Source of the DNA: Burkholderiaceae bacterium
Lineage (GTDB): Bacteria > Pseudomonadota > Gammaproteobacteria > Burkholderiales > Burkholderiaceae
Length of the DNA stretch: 64,000 nt
Direction of reading: 5' to 3'
Assembly (NCBI GenBank): GCA_947450225.1
Contig: CANFUO010000003.1
Span: 1,633-65,632, forward strand
The notes beneath the pieces are model-generated. The model did not search any database, had not been told where the DNA came from, and saw only the letters and a program-made list of their open reading frames with translations. A program made the position numbers and the translations under genes. Of the stretch, positions 10,156 through 21,037 are shown in pieces; position 1 is the stretch's first letter, and every line of letters starts with the position of its first letter.

Positions 10156-12048
10156 ATGGCTTTATTCGTAATAAGTGATGCTCAGCTTGCATATGGGCAT
10201 GTGGATTTACTGGCAAACACCTCTTTTTCACTGGAGGAAGGGGAGCGAGTTGGTTTGATAGGCCGAAATGGTGCTGGAAAATCATCATTTTTGAAGATTA
10301 TTGCAGAGTTAGAAAAGCCGGACTCAGGCGTCATACAAAAGCAACAGGGTATTAAGATAGCCTATGTTGCTCAAGAGCCCTTATTTTTGTCCACAGATAC
10401 TGTTTTTGATACCGTAGCTAAGGGCTTAGAAGAAATAAAAGGCTTACGAAACGAATATGAAGCGTTAAGTATGCAAGAGTGGACGGATGAAGTTCAGCAC
10501 CGCATGGATCAGTTATATAGCCTCATTGATGCCAACCAAGGATGGGCATGGGAGCAAAAGATTGAAGAAGTATTGCATCAGTTGCATTTAGATGGCGATA
10601 GAAAAATGTCAGAATTATCTGGCGGAAATAAAAAAAGAGTAGCCCTAGCCCAGGCCTTGGCGACCCAACCAGATGTCTTATTACTCGATGAGCCAACCAA
10701 TCATCTGGATATGGATTCGATTGAATGGCTTGAGCAATTATTAATTGATATGAATAAGTCATTGGTATTTATTACCCATGACCGAGCGTTTTTAGATAAA
10801 GTGGCTACGCGCATTATTGAGCTTGACCGAGGGATTATTCGCAGTTATCCGGGTAACTTTCAATCGTATTTAGGTTTAAAAGAGCGTCAGTTAATGGATG
10901 AGTCATTGGCAAATGCTCGGGCGGATAAATTATTGGCGCAAGAAGAGGTATGGATTCGGCAAGGAGTCGAAGCGAGAAGAACCCGAAGTGTTAGCCGGAT
11001 ATCAAGACTTGAGCATTTAAGGGAGCAGCGATCTCAGCGAAGGGAATTGGTGGGGCAGGTCAAGCTAGATATTAATTCCGGACAAAAAACAGGAAAGATT
11101 GTCGCGGCCCTTGAAAACGTCTCGTTAGCGTTTGGTGATAAGCAAATTGTGAAAGACTTTACTGCCACAATTCTTAGAGGCGACAAAGTAGGTCTTTTAG
11201 GTCCTAATGGAGCTGGTAAATCTACCCTATTAAAAATTATTCTTGGGGAAATTAAGCCTGATCAAGGCGATGTTAAACAGGGTAGCATGATTGAAATTGC
11301 GTATTTTGATCAGTTGAGAGAGTCCTTGGACCTTGAAGCCACACTTGAAGATTTTATAAGCCCAGGAAGTGAGTGGGTAGAAATTGGGGGGCAGCGTAAG
11401 CATGTCAAAAGTTATCTCAATGATTTTTTATTTTCCCCACAACGCGCACGATCCCCAATCAAGACCTTGTCTGGAGGAGAAAGAAATCGGCTTTTATTAG
11501 CAAGATTGTTTGCCAAACCCGCCAATGTTTTAGTGTTAGATGAGCCCACTAATGATTTAGATATTGACACATTAGATTTGCTAGAAGAGTTTTTACAAGA
11601 CTATAAAGGGACGGTATTTTTGGTTAGCCATGATCGTCAATTTTTAGATAATGTAGTTACCAGCATGATCGCCTTTGAAGGGGATGGTAAATGGCGAGAA
11701 TATGAGGGGGGCTATGAAGACTGGAAAATACAAAACCAACGCCGATTAGATCAGTTAAAAAGTAAGCCATTAGATGACCAAAAACCCATCAAGGTAGACA
11801 AATCTAAACAAGAAACCAACACGCCCAAGAAGAGTGTTAATAAATACCAAAAAGTTGAGCTGGATAAAATTACTATCGAAATTGATCGATTAGAACAAGA
11901 GCAGACGGGTATTACACATCAATTAAGTGACGCGAAGATATATGTAGAAAAGCCTCAAGTAGCAAAAGACTTACAAGATCGGGCCCATGAGATACAAAGT
12001 CGATTAGATATTCTTATGTCAAAATGGGAAGAAATGTTAGCAAATTAA
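10156..12048 (+). CDS. uup: ABC-F family ATPase (Uup-like)
   Basis: 630 aa with two ABC cassettes (GRNGAGKSS / LSGGNKKR / LLLDEPTNHLD and GPNGAGKST / LSGGERNR / LVLDEPTNDLD). No TM segments. Charged coiled-coil C-terminal tail. Confidence 0.85.
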   Translation: MALFVISDAQLAYGHVDLLANTSFSLEEGERVGLIGRNGAGKSSFLKIIAELEKPDSGVIQKQQGIKIAYVAQEPLFLSTDTVFDTVAKGLEEIKGLRNEYEALSMQEWTDEVQHRMDQLYSLIDANQGWAWEQKIEEVLHQLHLDGDRKMSELSGGNKKRVALAQALATQPDVLLLDEPTNHLDMDSIEWLEQLLIDMNKSLVFITHDRAFLDKVATRIIELDRGIIRSYPGNFQSYLGLKERQLMDESLANARADKLLAQEEVWIRQGVEARRTRSVSRISRLEHLREQRSQRRELVGQVKLDINSGQKTGKIVAALENVSLAFGDKQIVKDFTATILRGDKVGLLGPNGAGKSTLLKIILGEIKPDQGDVKQGSMIEIAYFDQLRESLDLEATLEDFISPGSEWVEIGGQRKHVKSYLNDFLFSPQRARSPIKTLSGGERNRLLLARLFAKPANVLVLDEPTNDLDIDTLDLLEEFLQDYKGTVFLVSHDRQFLDNVVTSMIAFEGDGKWREYEGGYEDWKIQNQRRLDQLKSKPLDDQKPIKVDKSKQETNTPKKSVNKYQKVELDKITIEIDRLEQEQTGITHQLSDAKIYVEKPQVAKDLQDRAHEIQSRLDILMSKWEEMLAN

Positions 12049-12069
12049 AAAAATCAGAAGGAGAATGAC

Positions 12070-12855
12070 ATGGATCTGGGTATAAAAAATAAAGTAGCTT
12101 TAGTATTGGCATCGAGTAAAGGGCTTGGACGAGCCATTGCATGTTCTTTAGCAAAAGAGGGTGTCAAGGTTGTACTGACAGGCCGAAGTGTTGAGCTCTT
12201 AGAGGCGACCGCGCAAGAAATAAAGGCCGGTGGCGGCTATGCTTATGTATTGCCTTGGGATCTGCACCAACTCGATCAAATTGATGCCAAAATTACCCAA
12301 ATTGAAAAAGAAGTTGGTCCTATCGATATTTTAATCAATAACTCTGGAGGGCCACCAATGAGTCAGGCCTTCAATCAGCCGATTGAGTTATGGCAAAGCA
12401 ACTTCAATCATATGGTTTTGATGATTATGAAAGTAACCGATCGTGTCTTACCCGGGATGAGAGCAAGAAAATGGGGACGTATCATTACCACGACAAGTTC
12501 TGGAACAATTGCACCGATTGCTAATTTGGCGATTTCAAATACCTTGCGATTAGCGCTCAATGGTTGGACAAAAACCTTATCGAATGAAGTAGCTAGTGAA
12601 GGCATCACCGTTAATATCATTTTGCCGGGAAGAATATTAACAGACCGTATTTTGCACCTTGATCAACAGCGATCAAACAATGAAGGCAAACCACTCGAAG
12701 AGGTTACCCAGAAAAGTGTCAGCTCTATACCAATGAAACGTTATGGGACACCTGAAGAGTATGCTGATGCAGCAACTTTTTTAGCGAGCCAGAAGGCCTC
12801 ATATATCACCGGAACTACTCTGCGAGTAGATGGTGGAAGCTTTGCGGGTCTTTAA
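12070..12855 (+). CDS. Short-chain dehydrogenase/reductase (SDR) family oxidoreductase
   Basis: 261 aa with an SDR-like N-terminal glycine motif VLASSKGLGRAIA and the NNSGG segment. Confidence 0.8.
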   Translation: MDLGIKNKVALVLASSKGLGRAIACSLAKEGVKVVLTGRSVELLEATAQEIKAGGGYAYVLPWDLHQLDQIDAKITQIEKEVGPIDILINNSGGPPMSQAFNQPIELWQSNFNHMVLMIMKVTDRVLPGMRARKWGRIITTTSSGTIAPIANLAISNTLRLALNGWTKTLSNEVASEGITVNIILPGRILTDRILHLDQQRSNNEGKPLEEVTQKSVSSIPMKRYGTPEEYADAATFLASQKASYITGTTLRVDGGSFAGL

Positions 12856-15328
12856 AAAAAAGTTTTTTGTAGCAAGTGAATTAGTTTGGCTATTGATTGC
12901 ACTCGTCGTCTCGGTAACGGCGATAACGAGTGTAACTTTTTTAGCCGATCGGTTACAACAATCATTCTCACAAAACGCGCGCGAGCTCATTGCTGCTGAT
13001 ACGATTGTTCGAGGGGACCAACTACTAGATACAAGCTTTGAGGAAAAGGCGAAAGAGTTAGGTCTACGAACATCGAAGACAGTGATTTTTTCCACGATGA
13101 TGCGCACGGGAAATGAAAGTAAATTAGTATCACTCAAAGCAGTTTCTGATACATACCCCTTACGCGGTAAGTTGAGCTTAACAATTCCAGGGGCTGAATT
13201 AAAGTCTGGACAAGTATGGTTAGATCCACAACTCGCGAGCATCTATCAGATTAAGCTTGGTGATTCCATTACGCTTGGAGAGAAAGAATTTGTTGTTAGT
13301 AACTTGATTCTACGAGAGCCTGATCGTGGGGCAAGTTTCATGAATTTTGCTCCACGGGTAATGATGCATGAAATTGATTTATCGGCCACACAGTTATTGG
13401 GGCTTGGAAGTCGCGCTTCTTATCGACTATTAGTTGCCACCGAAAAAGTGGGTGAGGCGCGAATGCCTAGTAACAATCCTATCACTGGATTTAACGAATG
13501 GGCGAAAAAATATATAGACGATACTCATTTGCGAGGTGTAAGCCTTGAAGATATTGAAAATGGCCAACCCTTACTGAGAAAAACAATCGATCAAGCAAAT
13601 CGATTTTTATCCTTAGTCGCTTTATTAACCGGGATGGTGGCAGCCGTAGGTATTGCCATTGCAAGTAGGCGGTATGCCAAAAAGCAAATCGTAAGTACTT
13701 TAGTGAAACGGTGTTTTGGTGCATCCACCTTACAAATTTTAAGATCAAATATCTATTTGTTTATGAAAATCATGGTGTTTGCTGGTCTTTTAGGAATTCT
13801 GTTGGGCTATGGATTACAAGAAATACTCATTAGGATTTTGCAGAACTTATTAGATAAAAATTTACCCAGCCCATCTATTTGGCCAGTAGTATGGGGTTTT
13901 TTAGTGGCATTTATTTTAATGCTTGGGTTTGCATTTCCTCCATTAATCGCATTAACTCAAGTTTCTCCGAATCAGGTTTTACGTAAAGACAACATCACAT
14001 TAAGTTTCAATTATTTCATTACTGCTGGCTTTGGAATATTAAGTTACTGTGTGTTACTCATTTGGATTGCCCATAATTTGCGAATCGGTATCTTGATCCT
14101 AGGCGGCTTTGTCGGAGCTTGCTTTATCTATGCATGTGTATCCTATTTCCTTTGCCGTGGGCTTGGAAAAAAACTTGGGAGTAGGATTTCACGCTTATCC
14201 GGAATAAGGTATTCGGCTCAGCGGGTCGGAGGCGATCCATCATGGATTAGTTTTCAAATAACTACATTAGGAATTGCTATGCTGGCAATCTTATTATTAA
14301 TCGTCATCCGCTTTAATGTTTTGGACGCATGGCAAGCAAGTATTCCGCCAGAGGCAAATAATCGTTTTATTTTAAATGTATTACCTGATCAAAAAAATGC
14401 AGTACAGGACTTTTTAAAACAAGAATTACGCCAGCCTGATTATGACGCTTACCCAATGATACGAGGAAGATTAACGGCAATTAACCAACGCGCAATTCGA
14501 GGGAGTAATTTTGAGGATCAAAATACGCAGCGCCTAGTCGAGCGTGAATTTAACTTATCCTATGCCTCTCATATTCCAGTCAAAAATAAGGTCATTGCTG
14601 GAGAATGGTTTGCAAGTTCTGATCCAATGCAAGTATCCATGGAAGCAGGGATGATGAAATCCTTAAAATTAAAATTAGGTGACGAATTAAATTTTGACAT
14701 TGCAGGTAAAGACTATCGCGTAAAGATTACCTCTGTGAGGAAACTTGACTGGAACTCGATGCGGGTTAATTTTTTTGCCATGATGCCAAGGGAGCTTCTT
14801 CAAGATGCGCCACAAAGTTGGATCATGGCATTTCGACAGGAACCAGATCAGCGTATTGATATGGACATCGTGCGTCAGTACCCGAACATTACTGCCTTAA
14901 ATATTCAGGACTCTATTGCTCAGGCGCAGGATATTTTGTTGCAATTAATCTTTGCTATACAGGTGTTGTTCTTATTTACTCTAATAGCTGGATTCATCGT
15001 ATTAATTATTTCATTAATTTCTATACAAGAACAAAGAATTCGAGAAGTTGCGATATTAAAAACCTTGGGAGCTGATCAGAAATTTTTAATGCGAGTATGG
15101 TTATTTGAACTTCTTTTATGTGGCAGTGTAGCTGGAGTTTTGAGTGGGGCTTTTGCAAGTTTTGCTGGTTGGTACGTATCCAAGGAATTATTAGATATTG
15201 AGATGCAATTTCCTTATTGGATTATCTTCGTTGGAATGGTTCTAGGGGTATCGATTAATGGTATGGCTAGTTATTGGTTACGTCAGAAAACCGCACATAT
15301 TGCGCCAATGATGATCCTAAAATCTTAG
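12830..15328 (+). CDS. FtsX-domain ABC transporter permease (YbbP-like)
   Basis: 832 aa. Two blocks of TM helices separated by large soluble loops, as in E. coli YbbP. Overlaps the SDR gene by 26 nt. No ATPase gene is adjacent. Confidence 0.75.
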   Translation: MVEALRVFKKKFFVASELVWLLIALVVSVTAITSVTFLADRLQQSFSQNARELIAADTIVRGDQLLDTSFEEKAKELGLRTSKTVIFSTMMRTGNESKLVSLKAVSDTYPLRGKLSLTIPGAELKSGQVWLDPQLASIYQIKLGDSITLGEKEFVVSNLILREPDRGASFMNFAPRVMMHEIDLSATQLLGLGSRASYRLLVATEKVGEARMPSNNPITGFNEWAKKYIDDTHLRGVSLEDIENGQPLLRKTIDQANRFLSLVALLTGMVAAVGIAIASRRYAKKQIVSTLVKRCFGASTLQILRSNIYLFMKIMVFAGLLGILLGYGLQEILIRILQNLLDKNLPSPSIWPVVWGFLVAFILMLGFAFPPLIALTQVSPNQVLRKDNITLSFNYFITAGFGILSYCVLLIWIAHNLRIGILILGGFVGACFIYACVSYFLCRGLGKKLGSRISRLSGIRYSAQRVGGDPSWISFQITTLGIAMLAILLLIVIRFNVLDAWQASIPPEANNRFILNVLPDQKNAVQDFLKQELRQPDYDAYPMIRGRLTAINQRAIRGSNFEDQNTQRLVEREFNLSYASHIPVKNKVIAGEWFASSDPMQVSMEAGMMKSLKLKLGDELNFDIAGKDYRVKITSVRKLDWNSMRVNFFAMMPRELLQDAPQSWIMAFRQEPDQRIDMDIVRQYPNITALNIQDSIAQAQDILLQLIFAIQVLFLFTLIAGFIVLIISLISIQEQRIREVAILKTLGADQKFLMRVWLFELLLCGSVAGVLSGAFASFAGWYVSKELLDIEMQFPYWIIFVGMVLGVSINGMASYWLRQKTAHIAPMMILKS

Positions 15329-15331
15329 GAA

Positions 15332-15859
15332 TTATTTTTTAGGAACTAAGATTAATTTAGTTTTAGTTAGACGATCGGCTAAAGACTGAGCACCGTGCAC
15401 ACTTTTGCGATTAAACAAGCAAGTGAGGGGCCAAAAGAAAAGAACCATACAAAACATTAATTCTATGGTTGGCCAATTCCCAAGCGGCATTAAAAAAACA
15501 TATTTAAAAATAATATAGACAAGAACCGTTGGAAATAGCCATAGAGATCCAATTGCATATCGTACTAGGGCGTGATTTCTAGATAGAAGTTGTTCATGTT
15601 CATCCACCATCTTCACATGCCACGTTTGCATAGCAAGGGTTTGACCAGTATGGGTCCAATACCATGTGAAATAAAGTCCAAAAAGAACATAGACATGAGC
15701 AAAAGCAAGCCAGTTTGGGACTTGAATCTTGAAAGCGACACCTAAAATAAGTGAAGGAACGAGATACCCTAGGGCCCATACGCCAACAAGTATGAGCATT
15801 TCATACAGGCTCACTGAAATTCGACGACGGATGCTTGGCGCTGGTGAAATAGTTTGCAA
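15332..15859 (-). CDS. RDD-family membrane protein
   Basis: 175 aa with several TM helices. N-terminal R-rich segment then YEMLILVGVWALGYL. Occupies the position seen in the conserved Burkholderiales sigma/DUF3619/DUF3106/RDD cluster (from memory). Confidence 0.65.
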   Translation of the reverse strand: MQTISPAPSIRRRISVSLYEMLILVGVWALGYLVPSLILGVAFKIQVPNWLAFAHVYVLFGLYFTWYWTHTGQTLAMQTWHVKMVDEHEQLLSRNHALVRYAIGSLWLFPTVLVYIIFKYVFLMPLGNWPTIELMFCMVLFFWPLTCLFNRKSVHGAQSLADRLTKTKLILVPKK

Positions 15860-15871
15860 AACTGCCCGAGT

Positions 15872-16339
15872 TTAATTTTTGAGGGATGGGGAATTAACTA
15901 GAGAGGGTTTTTTTGTTTTATTTTTTTCTGCAGCTTCCTCAGTCAGCTGTTTTCTCTCTTCAGGAGATAGTTGTCGATATGCTTCCCATGCTTCTGCTTT
16001 TTTATCATTAGGAATATTTAAGCTGTTAATAAAATTAGCTCTAGCAACACGACGATCACTTGTGGACAGTTTTGCCCAATCGGACATTCTGGATTTCAGT
16101 AGTTCACGATCAGCAGGAGGAAGTTTTTCGTAACGATTGGACAAATGCACCCATTTGTTTCTTTGCTCTATAGAAAGTGAATTCCAATCCTCTTCCAAAG
16201 TCGCTAAAGTATCTTTTTGGGTTTTCGTTAAACTGGACCAAGAGGGGCCGTTGGATAGAACTCCTTGGGCAACGCACAGAGGTGTTTGAGAAAGAGTCAA
16301 GCTTAGCAATGCAGCTACTAAAAAAATACGTCGACTCAT
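15872..16339 (-). CDS. Secreted DUF3106-like repeat protein
   Basis: 155 aa with signal peptide MSRRIFLVAALLSLTLSQTPLCVAQG. Carries repeats of W-x2-L-(S/T)-x2-(Q/D/E)-(R/K): WSSLTKTQK, WNSLSIEQR, WAKLSTSDR, YRQLSPEER. Confidence 0.65.
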   Translation of the reverse strand: MSRRIFLVAALLSLTLSQTPLCVAQGVLSNGPSWSSLTKTQKDTLATLEEDWNSLSIEQRNKWVHLSNRYEKLPPADRELLKSRMSDWAKLSTSDRRVARANFINSLNIPNDKKAEAWEAYRQLSPEERKQLTEEAAEKNKTKKPSLVNSPSLKN

Positions 16340-16371
16340 AATGGCGCTTTTAGCCTTTTATTAAAAAATAC

Positions 16372-16926
16372 TTACTGATTGTTACTGATGTCTGGGGCGC
16401 GACTCTCGTTTTTAGACTCGACGGGGCGATCTTGAATTACAGTTGCAGAGTCATTAGAAGTTTTGTTCTCTAATTGAGTTTCTTCTTTGGCGGCTTTAAT
16501 CATGTTTTTCATAAACAATCTGAAGCCATCATCGGCATAGGCATCTGGAGGGACTGAATCAGTCAGAATTGCAGTATCGATATCAGCAATATCGCTAATA
16601 CGGGCATTCTGCTGCCACTGTGCAATGACAAAAACGAGGGCAAGAACAATAAAAATTGGGCTAACTAGCCTCAAACTAGGTATAAAGCTAAACCGAAAGG
16701 ACGGTTTAGCAACCGTTGGGCTGCCAATTTTTCGTTGAGATAAGGCAATTTCTCTAGATTTTTCAAGACGTTGTGAAATTTTGGGGGATAAATGGGTCAA
16801 TTCTTTATCGAGTGAGCGAGCGACAGTCTTGCCAATTTGATCGACATCAAGCTCATCACTTGTCAACGCATGACTCGAAGAAGTGGTTAATAAAGAGAGA
16901 TTAGGTTGCGATACGTTCATATTCAT
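16372..16926 (-). CDS. Single-pass membrane protein, DUF3619-like (candidate anti-sigma factor)
   Basis: 184 aa. Cytoplasmic N-terminal region, one TM helix (LVSPIFIVLALVFVIAQW) and an acidic periplasmic tail. Starts 6 nt after the sigma gene stop. Confidence 0.6.
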   Translation of the reverse strand: MNMNVSQPNLSLLTTSSSHALTSDELDVDQIGKTVARSLDKELTHLSPKISQRLEKSREIALSQRKIGSPTVAKPSFRFSFIPSLRLVSPIFIVLALVFVIAQWQQNARISDIADIDTAILTDSVPPDAYADDGFRLFMKNMIKAAKEETQLENKTSNDSATVIQDRPVESKNESRAPDISNNQ

Positions 16927-16932
16927 TAAATT

Positions 16933-17499
16933 TTAAAAAGTTACCCCAAGTTTCTTTAAGGCTGCTGCAAGAGTTTGACTAGCTCTTGAGCAGTGTGTTT
17001 TAACGCTTCCTTCACTACATCCCATAGCAATAGCAGTCTCAGAAATATCCAACTCTTCCCAATAACGCATGAGGAAGGCTTCTCGTTGACGTCTTGGCAA
17101 CTTTTCTATCTCTTTTTCTAAAATTGTCGATAATTCCATTCTTTCTATTTGCAAGGAGGATTCTTTGCCAAAGCTAGAATCTTCGGAATTTTCAAAAAAG
17201 TCTTGAGGATCAATATCATCCCCATCTTCATTTTTACCAAACTTTGAAAACAGAGTTACCCATGTGTTGCGTACTTTTTGACGTCTAAACCAGTCTTTTG
17301 TGCAGTTTTGCACAATTCTTGTGAAAAGTAATGGTAATTCTTCAATATTTTTATCACCATAACTTTGCGTGAGCTTAATCATGGAGTCTTGCACAATATC
17401 CAAGGCCGCATCTTCATCCCTGACAGAATAAAAAACTTGTTTAAAAGCGCGCTTTTCACTTGCTTTTAGAAAGTCAGATAGTTCTTTTTCAGAGGCCAT
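16933..17499 (-). CDS. ECF-type RNA polymerase sigma-70 family factor
   Basis: Region 2 (ALDIVQDSMIKL ... FTRIVQNCTKDWFRRQ) and region 4 HTH (REAFLMRYWEELDISETAIAMGCSEGSVKTHCSRA). ATG at 17499 (MASEKEL). The ORF-track start at 17562 adds 21 implausible residues. Confidence 0.85.
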   Translation of the reverse strand: MASEKELSDFLKASEKRAFKQVFYSVRDEDAALDIVQDSMIKLTQSYGDKNIEELPLLFTRIVQNCTKDWFRRQKVRNTWVTLFSKFGKNEDGDDIDPQDFFENSEDSSFGKESSLQIERMELSTILEKEIEKLPRRQREAFLMRYWEELDISETAIAMGCSEGSVKTHCSRASQTLAAALKKLGVTF

Positions 17500-17702
17500 A
17501 GTTTGAATTTTAGACTTCAATTGAAAACTTTTGTAGAAAAAAGGTAAAGAAATGTAATACAATTGTCAGTTCGCTTGTACTAAACCTTTCAAAAGATGGA
17601 TTGAGAACAATACAAGCAAAGGGTTCAACGTTTGGCCACAAGCAAAACTGAGAGCAGACCAACCAATTTTTTGCCGAAAATTGCAAAGGACTAGAAAGCA
17701 AA

Positions 17703-19472
17703 ATGAATACGATAAAAGAAATACCCATTGATTCCGAGAATCAAAACTCCAAAAATCTTCCAGAAATTATTGGCGCAGAAATACTTGTTCGCGCATTAGC
17801 CGAAGAAGGCGTTGAATTCGTCTGGGGGTACCCTGGTGGATCCGTGTTGTACATTTATGATGAGATTCACAAACAAGATAAATTTGAACATATTTTAGTT
17901 CGGCATGAACAAGGTGCAGTTCATGCTGCAGATGGTTATGCAAGGGCCACTGGTAATGTGGGCGTTGCTTTGGTAACCTCAGGTCCTGGTGTAACAAATG
18001 CTGTCACAGGCGTTGCAACCGCTTACATGGACTCCATACCGTTAGTACTGATTACAGGAAACGTTCCATCTCATATGATTGGAGAGGATGCTTTTCAAGA
18101 ATGTGACACTGTTGGTATTACACGACCGATTGTGAAGCATAATTTTTTAGTCAAGGACGTAAGAGACCTTGCGGTCACCATTAAAAAGGCTTTCCACATT
18201 GCTAGAACAGGACGACCTGGGCCAGTTGTTATCGATATTCCCAAAGATATTTCATTTCATAAAACTGCTTACGAGTATCCGAGCTCAGTTGAAATGCGTT
18301 CCTATAGTCCAGTATTAAAGGGGCATTCCGGACAAATTCGTAAAGCGGTAAGTCTATTGCGAGAGGCTGAGCGTCCTTATATTTATACAGGCGGGGGCGT
18401 CATCTTAGCGAATGCATCTGCAGAATTAAAAGAATTTGCAGAGTTGTTAGGTTATCCCGTAACAAATACCCTCATGGGTTTAGGTGGTTTTCCTGGTACG
18501 CACCCAAATTTCTTAGGTATGCCTGGTATGCACGGCACTTACGAAGCTAATATGACAATGCAACATTCTGATGTGGTCATTGCCATTGGTGCGCGCTTTG
18601 ACGATCGCGTCATTGGTAATCCTGCGCATTTCATGAGTTTGCCTCGTAAAGTGATTCATATTGATATCGACCCTTCAGTGATATCAAAAAGGGTGCGCGC
18701 GGATGTTCCTATTGTTGGCAATCTGAAAGAAGTTTTACAAGAAATGATTGCACAATTACGAGCTGCCGGACCATTAAAAAATAAATTAGCGGTAGATGCT
18801 TGGTGGCAGCAAATCAATGAATGGCGGAAAACGGATTGTTTGAAGTATGATCGTGATTCACAGATTGTTAAGCCCCAATATGTTGTTGAGACTTTGTCGC
18901 AGCTCACACATGGCGATGCATTTATTTGTTCAGATGTAGGTCAGCATCAAATGTGGGCAGCGCAATTTTATAAATTTAATAAGCCCCGTCGTTGGATTAA
19001 TTCCGGAGGACTTGGCACAATGGGCGTTGGACTGCCATATGCCATGGGAGTAAAAAAAGCATTTCCTAACGAAACAGTTTGTGCAATTACTGGCGAAGGT
19101 TCTGTACAGATGTGTATTCAGGAACTATCTACCTGCTTGCAGTATGAAACGCCTATCAAAATCATTTCTTTAAATAATCGTTACTTAGGCATGGTTCGTC
19201 AGTGGCAAGAGTTAAGCTACAGCAAGCGTTACTCTCACTCTTACATGGACTCTTTGCCAGACTTTGTGAAGTTGGCGGAAGCCTACGGACACGTTGGCAT
19301 GAAAATAGACAAGAAATCAGATGTAGAGGGCGCTCTAAAAGAGGCTTTGGCATTAAAAAATAGAACTGTATTTATGGACTTCCAAACTGACCCAACAGAA
19401 AATGTTTGGCCGATGGTTCAAGCTGGTAAGGGTATTACAGAAATGATTTTAGGTTCGGAGAATGCGGAATGA
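17703..19472 (+). CDS. ilvI: Acetolactate synthase, large (catalytic) subunit
   Basis: 589 aa ThDP enzyme. N-terminus GAEILVRALAEEGVEFVWGYPGG and ThDP-binding region GGLGTMGVGLPYAMG ... ITGEGS. Confidence 0.96.
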   Translation: MNTIKEIPIDSENQNSKNLPEIIGAEILVRALAEEGVEFVWGYPGGSVLYIYDEIHKQDKFEHILVRHEQGAVHAADGYARATGNVGVALVTSGPGVTNAVTGVATAYMDSIPLVLITGNVPSHMIGEDAFQECDTVGITRPIVKHNFLVKDVRDLAVTIKKAFHIARTGRPGPVVIDIPKDISFHKTAYEYPSSVEMRSYSPVLKGHSGQIRKAVSLLREAERPYIYTGGGVILANASAELKEFAELLGYPVTNTLMGLGGFPGTHPNFLGMPGMHGTYEANMTMQHSDVVIAIGARFDDRVIGNPAHFMSLPRKVIHIDIDPSVISKRVRADVPIVGNLKEVLQEMIAQLRAAGPLKNKLAVDAWWQQINEWRKTDCLKYDRDSQIVKPQYVVETLSQLTHGDAFICSDVGQHQMWAAQFYKFNKPRRWINSGGLGTMGVGLPYAMGVKKAFPNETVCAITGEGSVQMCIQELSTCLQYETPIKIISLNNRYLGMVRQWQELSYSKRYSHSYMDSLPDFVKLAEAYGHVGMKIDKKSDVEGALKEALALKNRTVFMDFQTDPTENVWPMVQAGKGITEMILGSENAE

Positions 19473-19960
19473 GGCATATTATTTCTGTTTTACTAGAAAA
19501 TGAACCAGGTGCTTTGTCTCGCGTTGTGGGATTATTTTCAGCTCGTGGTTATAACATTGAAAGTTTAACTGTAGCTCCAACGGAAGACGCATCTCTTTCG
19601 CGTATGACTATTGTCACGAATGGCTCAGATGAAGTGATTGAGCAGATTACGAAACATTTAAATCGCTTAGTTGAAGTTGTAAAAGTCTATGATTTAAGTG
19701 ATGGGTCGCATACGGAGCGTGAGCTCATGCTTATCAAGGTTCGTGCAGTCGGCAAAGAGCGTGAAGAAATGAAACGCACAGCCGATATTTTCCGTGGTCG
19801 TGTGATTGATGTCACTGATAAGAGTTACACGATTGAGCTAACTGGTGATAGCGCTAAGTTAGATGCATTTATTGAATCAATTGATAAAACAGCCATTTTA
19901 GAAACTGTGCGAACAGGAGCATCTGGAATTGGTCGTGGAGAAAGAATTTTACGAGTATAA
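19469..19960 (+). CDS. ilvH: Acetolactate synthase, small (regulatory) subunit
   Basis: 163 aa with ACT-domain N-terminus ISVLLENEPGALSRVVGLFSARGYNIESL. ATGA overlap with ilvI. Confidence 0.95.
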   Translation: MRHIISVLLENEPGALSRVVGLFSARGYNIESLTVAPTEDASLSRMTIVTNGSDEVIEQITKHLNRLVEVVKVYDLSDGSHTERELMLIKVRAVGKEREEMKRTADIFRGRVIDVTDKSYTIELTGDSAKLDAFIESIDKTAILETVRTGASGIGRGERILRV

Positions 19961-20005
19961 AATTCGTAAACTGTTGTTGTTGTGCATGATTAAAACGATA
20001 TTTAA

Positions 20006-21034
<1,029 letters not shown>

Positions 21035-21037
21035 TTC

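Noticed and set aside
12799-13242. 147-aa antisense ORF overlapping the SDR/YbbP junction.
   Set aside because: It lies entirely inside well-supported genes on the other strand and has a Ser-rich, low-complexity composition with no motif. Typical shadow ORF.
17500-17702. Ile/Val/Leu-rich leader peptide or attenuator upstream of ilvI.
   Set aside because: Only trivial 2-3 codon ORFs are present, and there is no terminator-like hairpin with a T-run on the + strand.
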